Positions 28,207-37,111 of a stretch of 37,111 bases of DNA are shown here, in pieces. The DNA comes from Escherichia phage T7, in sequence record MZ375256.1, one strand, 5' to 3'. Numbering within the stretch: position 1 is the stretch's first letter; each line of letters begins with the position of its first letter. Below the pieces are notes generated by a model. That model saw nothing but the letters and a program-made list of their open reading frames with translations. It was not told the DNA's origin and ran no database searches. A program made the position numbers and the translations under genes.

Positions 28207-31200
28207 ATGGATAAGTACGATAAGAACGTACCAAGTGATTATGATGGTCTGTTCCAAAAGGCTGCTGATGCCAACGGGGTCTCTTATGACCTTTTACGTA
28301 AAGTCGCTTGGACAGAATCACGATTTGTGCCTACAGCAAAATCTAAGACTGGACCATTAGGCATGATGCAATTTACCAAGGCAACCGCTAAGGCCCTCGG
28401 TCTGCGAGTTACCGATGGTCCAGACGACGACCGACTGAACCCTGAGTTAGCTATTAATGCTGCCGCTAAGCAACTTGCAGGTCTGGTAGGGAAGTTTGAT
28501 GGCGATGAACTCAAAGCTGCCCTTGCGTACAACCAAGGCGAGGGACGCTTGGGTAATCCACAACTTGAGGCGTACTCTAAGGGAGACTTCGCATCAATCT
28601 CTGAGGAGGGACGTAACTACATGCGTAACCTTCTGGATGTTGCTAAGTCACCTATGGCTGGACAGTTGGAAACTTTTGGTGGCATAACCCCAAAGGGTAA
28701 AGGCATTCCGGCTGAGGTAGGATTGGCTGGAATTGGTCACAAGCAGAAAGTAACACAGGAACTTCCTGAGTCCACAAGTTTTGACGTTAAGGGTATCGAA
28801 CAGGAGGCTACGGCGAAACCATTCGCCAAGGACTTTTGGGAGACCCACGGAGAAACACTTGACGAGTACAACAGTCGTTCAACCTTCTTCGGATTCAAAA
28901 ATGCTGCCGAAGCTGAACTCTCCAACTCAGTCGCTGGGATGGCTTTCCGTGCTGGTCGTCTCGATAATGGTTTTGATGTGTTTAAAGACACCATTACGCC
29001 GACTCGCTGGAACTCTCACATCTGGACTCCAGAGGAGTTAGAGAAGATTCGAACAGAGGTTAAGAACCCTGCGTACATCAACGTTGTAACTGGTGGTTCC
29101 CCTGAGAACCTCGATGACCTCATTAAATTGGCTAACGAGAACTTTGAGAATGACTCCCGCGCTGCCGAGGCTGGCCTAGGTGCCAAACTGAGTGCTGGTA
29201 TTATTGGTGCTGGTGTGGACCCGCTTAGCTATGTTCCTATGGTCGGTGTCACTGGTAAGGGCTTTAAGTTAATCAATAAGGCTCTTGTAGTTGGTGCCGA
29301 AAGTGCTGCTCTGAACGTTGCATCCGAAGGTCTCCGTACCTCCGTAGCTGGTGGTGACGCAGACTATGCGGGTGCTGCCTTAGGTGGCTTTGTGTTTGGC
29401 GCAGGCATGTCTGCAATCAGTGACGCTGTAGCTGCTGGACTGAAACGCAGTAAACCAGAAGCTGAGTTCGACAATGAGTTCATCGGTCCTATGATGCGAT
29501 TGGAAGCCCGTGAGACAGCACGAAACGCCAACTCTGCGGACCTCTCTCGGATGAACACTGAGAACATGAAGTTTGAAGGTGAACATAATGGTGTCCCTTA
29601 TGAGGACTTACCAACAGAGAGAGGTGCCGTGGTGTTACATGATGGCTCCGTTCTAAGTGCAAGCAACCCAATCAACCCTAAGACTCTAAAAGAGTTCTCC
29701 GAGGTTGACCCTGAGAAGGCTGCGCGAGGAATCAAACTGGCTGGGTTCACCGAGATTGGCTTGAAGACCTTGGGGTCTGACGATGCTGACATCCGTAGAG
29801 TGGCTATCGACCTCGTTCGCTCTCCTACTGGTATGCAGTCTGGTGCCTCAGGTAAGTTCGGTGCAACAGCTTCTGACATCCATGAGAGACTTCATGGTAC
29901 TGACCAGCGTACTTATAATGACTTGTACAAAGCAATGTCTGACGCTATGAAAGACCCTGAGTTCTCTACTGGCGGCGCTAAGATGTCCCGTGAAGAAACT
30001 CGATACACTATCTACCGTAGAGCGGCACTAGCTATTGAGCGTCCAGAACTACAGAAGGCACTCACTCCGTCTGAGAGAATCGTTATGGACATCATTAAGC
30101 GTCACTTTGACACCAAGCGTGAACTTATGGAAAACCCAGCAATATTCGGTAACACAAAGGCTGTGAGTATCTTCCCTGAGAGTCGCCACAAAGGTACTTA
30201 CGTTCCTCACGTATATGACCGTCATGCCAAGGCGCTGATGATTCAACGCTACGGTGCCGAAGGTTTGCAGGAAGGGATTGCCCGCTCATGGATGAACAGC
30301 TACGTCTCCAGACCTGAGGTCAAGGCCAGAGTCGATGAGATGCTTAAGGAATTACACGGGGTGAAGGAAGTAACACCAGAGATGGTAGAGAAGTACGCTA
30401 TGGATAAGGCTTATGGTATCTCCCACTCAGACCAGTTCACCAACAGTTCCATAATAGAAGAGAACATTGAGGGCTTAGTAGGTATCGAGAATAACTCATT
30501 CCTTGAGGCACGTAACTTGTTTGATTCGGACCTATCCATCACTATGCCAGACGGACAGCAATTCTCAGTGAATGACCTAAGGGACTTCGATATGTTCCGC
30601 ATCATGCCAGCGTATGACCGCTGTGTCAATAGTGACATCGCCATCATGGGGTCTACTGGTAAAACCACTAAGGAACTTAAGGATGAGATTTTGGCTCTCA
30701 AAGCGAAAGCTGAGGGAGACGGTAAGAAGACTGGCGAGGTACATGCTTTAATGGATACCGTTAAGATTCTTACTGGTCGTGCTAGACGCAATCAGGACAC
30801 TGTGTGGGAAACCTCACTGCGTGCCATCAATGACCTAGGGTTCTTCGCTAAGAACGCCTACATGGGTGCTCAGAACATTACGGAGATTGCTGGGATGATT
30901 GTCACTGGTAACGTTCGTGCTCTAGGGCATGGTATCCCAATTCTGCGTGATACACTCTACAAGTCTAAACCAGTTTCAGCTAAGGAACTCAAGGAACTCC
31001 ATGCGTCTCTGTTCGGGAAGGAGGTGGACCAGTTGATTCGGCCTAAACGTGCTGACATTGTGCAGCGCCTAAGGGAAGCAACTGATACCGGACCTGCCGT
31101 GGCGAACATCGTAGGGACCTTGAAGTATTCAACACAGGAACTGGCTGCTCGCTCTCCGTGGACTAAGCTACTGAACGGAACCACTAACTACCTTCTGGAT

Positions 31201-32163
31201 GCTGCGCGTCAAGGTATGCTTGGGGATGTTATTAGTGCCACCCTAACAGGTAAGACTACCCGCTGGGAGAAAGAAGGCTTCCTTCGTGGTGCCTCCGTAA
31301 CTCCTGAGCAGATGGCTGGCATCAAGTCTCTCATCAAGGAACATATGGTACGCGGTGAGGACGGGAAGTTTACCGTTAAGGACAAGCAAGCGTTCTCTAT
31401 GGACCCACGGGCTATGGACTTATGGAGACTGGCTGACAAGGTAGCTGATGAGGCAATGCTGCGTCCACATAAGGTGTCCTTACAGGATTCCCATGCGTTC
31501 GGAGCACTAGGTAAGATGGTTATGCAGTTTAAGTCTTTCACTATCAAGTCCCTTAACTCTAAGTTCCTGCGAACCTTCTATGATGGATACAAGAACAACC
31601 GAGCGATTGACGCTGCGCTGAGCATCATCACCTCTATGGGTCTCGCTGGTGGTTTCTATGCTATGGCTGCACACGTCAGAGCATACGCTCTGCCTAAGGA
31701 GAAACGTAAGGAGTACTTGGAGCGTGCACTGGACCCAACCATGATTGCCCACGCTGCGTTATCTCGTAGTTCTCAATTGGGTGTTCCTTTGGCTATGGTT
31801 GACCTAGTTGGTGGTGTTTTAGGGTTCGAGTCCTCCAAGATGGCTCGCTCTACGATTCTACCTAAGGACACCGTGAAGGAACGTGACCCAAACAAACCGT
31901 ACACCTCTAGAGAGGTAATGGGCGCTATGGGTTCAAACCTTCTGGAACAGATGCCTTCGGCTGGCTTTGTGGCTAACGTAGGGGCTACCTTAATGAATGC
32001 TGCTGGCGTGGTCAACTCACCTAATAAAGCAACCGAGCAGGACTTCATGACTGGTCTTATGAACTCCACAAAAGAGTTAGTACCGAACGACCCATTGACT
32101 CAACAGCTTGTGTTGAAGATTTATGAGGCGAACGGTGTTAACTTGAGGGAGCGTAGGAAATAA
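28207..32163 (+). CDS. 16: Internal core protein gp16 with N-terminal lytic transglycosylase domain
   Basis: 1318-aa ORF; SLT-like segment TESRFVPTAKSKTGPLGMMQFTKATAKALGL near the N-terminus. Confidence 0.95.
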   Translation: MDKYDKNVPSDYDGLFQKAADANGVSYDLLRKVAWTESRFVPTAKSKTGPLGMMQFTKATAKALGLRVTDGPDDDRLNPELAINAAAKQLAGLVGKFDGDELKAALAYNQGEGRLGNPQLEAYSKGDFASISEEGRNYMRNLLDVAKSPMAGQLETFGGITPKGKGIPAEVGLAGIGHKQKVTQELPESTSFDVKGIEQEATAKPFAKDFWETHGETLDEYNSRSTFFGFKNAAEAELSNSVAGMAFRAGRLDNGFDVFKDTITPTRWNSHIWTPEELEKIRTEVKNPAYINVVTGGSPENLDDLIKLANENFENDSRAAEAGLGAKLSAGIIGAGVDPLSYVPMVGVTGKGFKLINKALVVGAESAALNVASEGLRTSVAGGDADYAGAALGGFVFGAGMSAISDAVAAGLKRSKPEAEFDNEFIGPMMRLEARETARNANSADLSRMNTENMKFEGEHNGVPYEDLPTERGAVVLHDGSVLSASNPINPKTLKEFSEVDPEKAARGIKLAGFTEIGLKTLGSDDADIRRVAIDLVRSPTGMQSGASGKFGATASDIHERLHGTDQRTYNDLYKAMSDAMKDPEFSTGGAKMSREETRYTIYRRAALAIERPELQKALTPSERIVMDIIKRHFDTKRELMENPAIFGNTKAVSIFPESRHKGTYVPHVYDRHAKALMIQRYGAEGLQEGIARSWMNSYVSRPEVKARVDEMLKELHGVKEVTPEMVEKYAMDKAYGISHSDQFTNSSIIEENIEGLVGIENNSFLEARNLFDSDLSITMPDGQQFSVNDLRDFDMFRIMPAYDRCVNSDIAIMGSTGKTTKELKDEILALKAKAEGDGKKTGEVHALMDTVKILTGRARRNQDTVWETSLRAINDLGFFAKNAYMGAQNITEIAGMIVTGNVRALGHGIPILRDTLYKSKPVSAKELKELHASLFGKEVDQLIRPKRADIVQRLREATDTGPAVANIVGTLKYSTQELAARSPWTKLLNGTTNYLLDAARQGMLGDVISATLTGKTTRWEKEGFLRGASVTPEQMAGIKSLIKEHMVRGEDGKFTVKDKQAFSMDPRAMDLWRLADKVADEAMLRPHKVSLQDSHAFGALGKMVMQFKSFTIKSLNSKFLRTFYDGYKNNRAIDAALSIITSMGLAGGFYAMAAHVRAYALPKEKRKEYLERALDPTMIAHAALSRSSQLGVPLAMVDLVGGVLGFESSKMARSTILPKDTVKERDPNKPYTSREVMGAMGSNLLEQMPSAGFVANVGATLMNAAGVVNSPNKATEQDFMTGLMNSTKELVPNDPLTQQLVLKIYEANGVNLRERRK

Positions 32164-32183
32164 TACGACTCACTATAGGGAGA
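32161..32183 (+). promoter_or_regulatory. T7 promoter phi17 (class III consensus)
   Basis: taatacgactcactatagggaga, overlaps the gene 16 stop. Confidence 0.9.
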
Positions 32184-32235
32184 GGCGAAATAATCTTCTC
32201 CCTGTAGTCTCTTAGATTTACTTTAAGGAGGTCAA

Positions 32236-33897
32236 ATGGCTAACGTAATTAAAACCGTTTTGACTTACCAGTTAGATGGCTCCAATCGTGATTTTAATAT
32301 CCCGTTTGAGTATCTAGCCCGTAAGTTCGTAGTGGTAACTCTTATTGGTGTAGACCGAAAGGTCCTTACGATTAATACAGACTATCGCTTTGCTACACGT
32401 ACTACTATCTCTCTGACAAAGGCTTGGGGTCCAGCCGATGGCTACACGACCATCGAGTTACGTCGAGTAACCTCCACTACCGACCGATTGGTTGACTTTA
32501 CGGATGGTTCAATCCTCCGCGCGTATGACCTTAACGTCGCTCAGATTCAAACGATGCACGTAGCGGAAGAGGCCCGTGACCTCACTACGGATACTATCGG
32601 TGTCAATAACGATGGTCACTTGGATGCTCGTGGTCGTCGAATTGTGAACCTAGCGAACGCCGTGGATGACCGCGATGCTGTTCCGTTTGGTCAACTAAAG
32701 ACCATGAACCAGAACTCATGGCAAGCACGTAATGAAGCCTTACAGTTCCGTAATGAGGCTGAGACTTTCAGAAACCAAGCGGAGGGCTTTAAGAACGAGT
32801 CCAGTACCAACGCTACGAACACAAAGCAGTGGCGCGATGAGACCAAGGGTTTCCGAGACGAAGCCAAGCGGTTCGAGAATACGGCTGGTCAATACGCTAC
32901 ATCTGCTGGGAACTCTGCTTCCGCTGCGCATCAATCTGAGGTAAACGCTGAGAACTCTGCCACAGCATCCGCTAACTCTGCTCATTTGGCAGAACAGCAA
33001 GCAGACCGTGCGGAACGTGAGGCAGACAAGCTGGAAAATTACAATGGATTGGCTGGTGCAATTGATAAGGTAGATGGAACCAATGTGTACTGGAAAGGAA
33101 ATATTCACGCTAACGGGCGCCTTTACATGACCACAAACGGTTTTGACTGTGGCCAGTATCAACAGTTCTTTGGTGGTGTCACTAATCGTTACTCTGTCAT
33201 GGAGTGGGGAGATGAGAACGGATGGCTGATGTATGTTCAACGTAGAGAGTGGACAACAGCGATAGGCGGTAACATCCAGTTAGTAGTAAACGGACAGATC
33301 ATCACCCAAGGTGGAGCCATGACCGGTCAGCTAAAATTGCAGAATGGGCATGTTCTTCAATTAGAGTCCGCATCCGACAAGGCGCACTATATTCTATCTA
33401 AAGATGGTAACAGGAATAACTGGTACATTGGTAGAGGGTCAGATAACAACAATGACTGTACCTTCCACTCCTATGTACATGGTACGACCTTAACACTCAA
33501 GCAGGACTATGCAGTAGTTAACAAACACTTCCACGTAGGTCAGGCCGTTGTGGCCACTGATGGTAATATTCAAGGTACTAAGTGGGGAGGTAAATGGCTG
33601 GATGCTTACCTACGTGACAGCTTCGTTGCGAAGTCCAAGGCGTGGACTCAGGTGTGGTCTGGTAGTGCTGGCGGTGGGGTAAGTGTGACTGTTTCACAGG
33701 ATCTCCGCTTCCGCAATATCTGGATTAAGTGTGCCAACAACTCTTGGAACTTCTTCCGTACTGGCCCCGATGGAATCTACTTCATAGCCTCTGATGGTGG
33801 ATGGTTACGATTCCAAATACACTCCAACGGTCTCGGATTCAAGAATATTGCAGACAGTCGTTCAGTACCTAATGCAATCATGGTGGAGAACGAGTAA
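32236..33897 (+). CDS. 17: Tail fibre protein
   Basis: 553-aa ORF. Confidence 0.95.
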   Translation: MANVIKTVLTYQLDGSNRDFNIPFEYLARKFVVVTLIGVDRKVLTINTDYRFATRTTISLTKAWGPADGYTTIELRRVTSTTDRLVDFTDGSILRAYDLNVAQIQTMHVAEEARDLTTDTIGVNNDGHLDARGRRIVNLANAVDDRDAVPFGQLKTMNQNSWQARNEALQFRNEAETFRNQAEGFKNESSTNATNTKQWRDETKGFRDEAKRFENTAGQYATSAGNSASAAHQSEVNAENSATASANSAHLAEQQADRAEREADKLENYNGLAGAIDKVDGTNVYWKGNIHANGRLYMTTNGFDCGQYQQFFGGVTNRYSVMEWGDENGWLMYVQRREWTTAIGGNIQLVVNGQIITQGGAMTGQLKLQNGHVLQLESASDKAHYILSKDGNRNNWYIGRGSDNNNDCTFHSYVHGTTLTLKQDYAVVNKHFHVGQAVVATDGNIQGTKWGGKWLDAYLRDSFVAKSKAWTQVWSGSAGGGVSVTVSQDLRFRNIWIKCANNSWNFFRTGPDGIYFIASDGGWLRFQIHSNGLGFKNIADSRSVPNAIMVENE

Positions 33898-33955
33898 TTG
33901 GTAAATCACAAGGAAAGACGTGTAGTCCACGGATGGACTCTCAAGGAGGTACAAG

Positions 33956-34159
33956 GTGCTATCATTAGACTTTAACAACGAATTGATTAAGGCTGCTCCA
34001 ATTGTTGGGACGGGTGTAGCAGATGTTAGTGCTCGACTGTTCTTTGGGTTAAGCCTTAACGAATGGTTCTACGTTGCTGCTATCGCCTACACAGTGGTTC
34101 AGATTGGTGCCAAGGTAGTCGATAAGATGATTGACTGGAAGAAAGCCAATAAGGAGTGA
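33956..34159 (+). CDS. 17.5: Holin
   Basis: 67-aa ORF with one hydrophobic transmembrane segment and charged C-terminus. Confidence 0.9.
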   Translation: MLSLDFNNELIKAAPIVGTGVADVSARLFFGLSLNEWFYVAAIAYTVVQIGAKVVDKMIDWKKANKE

Positions 34160-34164
34160 TATGT

Positions 34165-34434
34165 ATGGAAAAGGATAAGAGCCTTATTACATTCTTAGAG
34201 ATGTTGGACACTGCGATGGCTCAGCGTATGCTTGCGGACCTTTCGGACCATGAGCGTCGCTCTCCGCAACTCTATAATGCTATTAACAAACTGTTAGACC
34301 GCCACAAGTTCCAGATTGGTAAGTTGCAGCCGGATGTTCACATCTTAGGTGGCCTTGCTGGTGCTCTTGAAGAGTACAAAGAGAAAGTCGGTGATAACGG
34401 TCTTACGGATGATGATATTTACACATTACAGTGA
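34165..34434 (+). CDS. 18: Terminase small subunit
   Basis: 89-aa ORF from MEKDKSLITFLEMLDTAMAQ. Confidence 0.9.
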   Translation: MEKDKSLITFLEMLDTAMAQRMLADLSDHERRSPQLYNAINKLLDRHKFQIGKLQPDVHILGGLAGALEEYKEKVGDNGLTDDDIYTLQ

Positions 34435-34437
34435 TAT

Positions 34438-34475
34438 ACTCAAGGCCACTACAGATAGTGGTCTTTATGGATGTC
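34438..34475 (+). promoter_or_regulatory. RNase III processing hairpin R18.5
   Basis: actcaaggccactacagatagtggtctttatggat: stem ccactac/gtagtgg. Confidence 0.6.
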
Positions 34476-34528
34476 ATTGTCTATACGAGATGCTCCTACG
34501 TGAAATCTGAAAGTTAACGGGAGGCATT

Positions 34529-34786
34529 ATGCTAGAATTTTTACGTAAGCTAATCCCTTGGGTTCTCGCTGGGATGCTATTCGGGTTAGGATGGCATCTA
34601 GGGTCAGACTCAATGGACGCTAAATGGAAACAGGAGGTACACAATGAGTACGTTAAGAGAGTTGAGCCCAGAAGGGTGACGCATGGATTCGTGCGTTACA
34701 GGATACTATTCGTGAACTGCAACGTAAGTAGGAAATCAAGTAAGGAGGCAATGTGTCTACTCAATCCAATCGTAATGCGCTCGTAG
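34529..34786 (+). pseudogene. 18.5: Truncated and frameshifted i-spanin gene 18.5 (Rz-like); embedded o-spanin gene 18.7 (Rz1-like) reduced to an 11-codon stub at 34644-34679
   Basis: First 46 codons MLEFLRKLIPWVLAGMLFGLGWHLGSDSMDAKWKQEVHNEYVKRVE match gp18.5, then an out-of-frame tail PRRVTHGFVRYRILF... running into gene 19; about 229 bp missing relative to the canonical 143-aa gene. Confidence 0.75.
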
Positions 34787-36513
34787 TGGCGCAACTGAAA
34801 GGAGACTTCGTGGCGTTCCTATTCGTCTTATGGAAGGCGCTAACCCTACCGGTGCCCACTAAGTGTCAGATTGACATGGCTAAGGTGCTGGCGAATGGAG
34901 ACAACAAGAAGTTCATCTTACAGGCTTTCCGTGGTATCGGTAAGTCGTTCATCACATGTGCGTTCGTTGTGTGGTCCTTATGGAGAGACCCTCAGTTGAA
35001 GATACTTATCGTATCAGCCTCTAAGGAGCGTGCAGACGCTAACTCCATCTTTATTAAGAACATCATTGACCTGCTGCCATTCCTATCTGAGTTAAAGCCA
35101 AGACCCGGACAGCGTGACTCGGTAATCAGCTTTGATGTAGGCCCAGCCAATCCTGACCACTCTCCTAGTGTGAAATCAGTAGGTATCACTGGTCAGTTAA
35201 CTGGTAGCCGTGCTGACATTATCATTGCGGATGACGTTGAGATTCCGTCTAACAGCGCAACTATGGGTGCCCGTGAGAAGCTATGGACTCTGGTTCAGGA
35301 GTTCGCTGCGTTACTTAAACCGCTGCCTTCCTCTCGCGTTATCTACCTTGGTACACCTCAGACAGAGATGACTCTCTATAAGGAACTTGAGGATAACCGT
35401 GGGTACACAACCATTATCTGGCCTGCTCTGTACCCAAGGACACGTGAAGAGAACCTCTATTACTCACAGCGTCTTGCTCCTATGTTACGCGCTGAGTACG
35501 ATGAGAACCCTGAGGCACTTGCTGGGACTCCAACAGACCCAGTGCGCTTTGACCGTGATGACCTGCGCGAGCGTGAGTTGGAATACGGTAAGGCTGGCTT
35601 TACGCTACAGTTCATGCTTAACCCTAACCTTAGTGATGCCGAGAAGTACCCGCTGAGGCTTCGTGACGCTATCGTAGCGGCCTTAGACTTAGAGAAGGCC
35701 CCAATGCATTACCAGTGGCTTCCGAACCGTCAGAACATCATTGAGGACCTTCCTAACGTTGGCCTTAAGGGTGATGACCTGCATACGTACCACGATTGTT
35801 CCAACAACTCAGGTCAGTACCAACAGAAGATTCTGGTCATTGACCCTAGTGGTCGCGGTAAGGACGAAACAGGTTACGCTGTGCTGTACACACTGAACGG
35901 TTACATCTACCTTATGGAAGCTGGAGGTTTCCGTGATGGCTACTCCGATAAGACCCTTGAGTTACTCGCTAAGAAGGCAAAGCAATGGGGAGTCCAGACG
36001 GTTGTCTACGAGAGTAACTTCGGTGACGGTATGTTCGGTAAGGTATTCAGTCCTATCCTTCTTAAACACCACAACTGTGCGATGGAAGAGATTCGTGCCC
36101 GTGGTATGAAAGAGATGCGTATTTGCGATACCCTTGAGCCAGTCATGCAGACTCACCGCCTTGTAATTCGTGATGAGGTCATTAGGGCCGACTACCAGTC
36201 CGCTCGTGACGTAGACGGTAAGCATGACGTTAAGTACTCGTTGTTCTACCAGATGACCCGTATCACTCGTGAGAAAGGCGCTCTGGCTCATGATGACCGA
36301 TTGGATGCCCTTGCGTTAGGCATTGAGTATCTCCGTGAGTCCATGCAGTTGGATTCCGTTAAGGTCGAGGGTGAAGTACTTGCTGACTTCCTTGAGGAAC
36401 ACATGATGCGTCCTACGGTTGCTGCTACGCATATCATTGAGATGTCTGTGGGAGGAGTTGATGTGTACTCTGAGGACGATGAGGGTTACGGTACGTCTTT
36501 CATTGAGTGGTGA
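34753..36513 (+). CDS. 19: Terminase large subunit (DNA maturase B)
   Basis: 586-aa ORF with Walker A-like GIGKS. Confidence 0.95.
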   Translation: MSTQSNRNALVVAQLKGDFVAFLFVLWKALTLPVPTKCQIDMAKVLANGDNKKFILQAFRGIGKSFITCAFVVWSLWRDPQLKILIVSASKERADANSIFIKNIIDLLPFLSELKPRPGQRDSVISFDVGPANPDHSPSVKSVGITGQLTGSRADIIIADDVEIPSNSATMGAREKLWTLVQEFAALLKPLPSSRVIYLGTPQTEMTLYKELEDNRGYTTIIWPALYPRTREENLYYSQRLAPMLRAEYDENPEALAGTPTDPVRFDRDDLRERELEYGKAGFTLQFMLNPNLSDAEKYPLRLRDAIVAALDLEKAPMHYQWLPNRQNIIEDLPNVGLKGDDLHTYHDCSNNSGQYQQKILVIDPSGRGKDETGYAVLYTLNGYIYLMEAGGFRDGYSDKTLELLAKKAKQWGVQTVVYESNFGDGMFGKVFSPILLKHHNCAMEEIRARGMKEMRICDTLEPVMQTHRLVIRDEVIRADYQSARDVDGKHDVKYSLFYQMTRITREKGALAHDDRLDALALGIEYLRESMQLDSVKVEGEVLADFLEEHMMRPTVAATHIIEMSVGGVDVYSEDDEGYGTSFIEW

Positions 36514-36594
36514 TTTATGCATTAGGACTGCATAGGGATGCACTATAGACCACGGATGGTCAGTTCTTTAAGTTACTGAAAAGACACGATAAAT

Positions 36595-36617
36595 TAATAC
36601 GACTCACTATAGGGAGA
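36595..36617 (+). promoter_or_regulatory. T7 promoter phiOR (class III consensus)
   Basis: taatacgactcactatagggaga. Confidence 0.9.
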
Positions 36618-36771
36618 GGAGGGACGAAAGGTTACTATATAGATACTGAATGAATACTTATAGAGTGCATAAAGTATGCATAATGGTGTACCTAGAGTGA
36701 CCTCTAAGAATGGTGATTATATTGTATTAGTATCACCTTAACTTAAGGACCAACATAAAGGGAGGAGACTC

Positions 36772-36819
36772 ATGTTCCGCTTATTGTTGAACCTACTGCG
36801 GCATAGAGTCAAGTCCTAA
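36772..36819 (+). pseudogene. 19.5: Gene 19.5 truncated to 15 codons
   Basis: RBS gggaggag then ATG; reads MFRLLLNLLRHRVKS* whereas the canonical gene is about 49 codons; size accounting implies about 189 bp missing here. Confidence 0.5.
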
Positions 36820-36905
36820 GGTATACCCATAAAGAGCCTCTAATGGTCTATCCTAAGGTCTATACCTAAAGATAGGCCATCCTATCAGTGTCACCTAAAG
36901 AGGGT
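36816..36905. repeat. Short CCTAAAG/CCTAAGG-type repeats adjacent to the right terminal repeat
   Basis: cctaaggtatacc, cctaaggtctatacctaaagatagg, cacctaaagaggg. Confidence 0.65.
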
Positions 36906-36971
36906 CTTAGAGAGGGCCTATGGAGTTCCTATAGGGTCCTTTAAAATATACCATAAAAATCTGAGTGACTA

Positions 36972-37111
36972 TCTCACAGTGTACGGACCTAAAGTTCCCC
37001 ATAGGGGTACCTAAAGCCCAGCCAATCACCTAAAGTCAACCTTCGGTTGACCTTGAGGGTTCCCTAAGGGTTTGTCTTTGGGTGTTACCTTGAGTGTCTC
37101 TCTGTGTCCCT
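36972..37111. repeat. Right direct terminal repeat (identical to 1-140)
   Basis: Exact 140-nt match to the window start. Confidence 0.95.

Noticed and set aside
35387-35656. 89-aa alternative-frame ORF embedded in gene 19 (position of hypothetical 19.2)
   Set aside because: No ATG at the expected start, and no independent evidence of coding in the sequence; treated as a frame artefact within the terminase gene.

Overview
This window is a complete linear genome of a bacteriophage T7-type virus (Teseptimavirus), 37,111 bp, bounded by identical 140-bp direct terminal repeats (1-140 and 36972-37111). All recognisable genes lie on the + strand in the canonical T7 order: early host-takeover genes (0.3 ocr, 0.7 kinase, gene 1 RNA polymerase), DNA metabolism (1.3 ligase to gene 6 exonuclease), then structural, lysis and packaging genes (6.5 to 19). 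Seventeen phage-RNAP promoters, three strong host-RNAP promoters (A1-A3), the TE and Tphi terminators and a family of RNase III-type hairpins are readable directly. I find no evidence of a novel or undescribed system: every substantial + strand ORF is accounted for by a known T7 gene, and there are no tRNAs, CRISPR arrays or foreign insertions. What is unusual is that the genome is about 2.8 kb shorter than the canonical 39,937-bp T7 genome (reference recalled from memory, not aligned). Gene-to-gene spacing places the shortfall in seven discrete deletion scars: 0.4-0.6, 1.4, 3.8, the 4.2-4.7 block, 5.3, 18.5/18.7 (the Rz/Rz1 spanins) and 19.5. Two regulatory point differences are also worth checking: T instead of G at +1 of the phi10 capsid promoter, and an altered heptamer where the concatemer-junction pause site is expected. 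The pattern fits a laboratory deletion strain or an experimentally evolved or streamlined T7 derivative.
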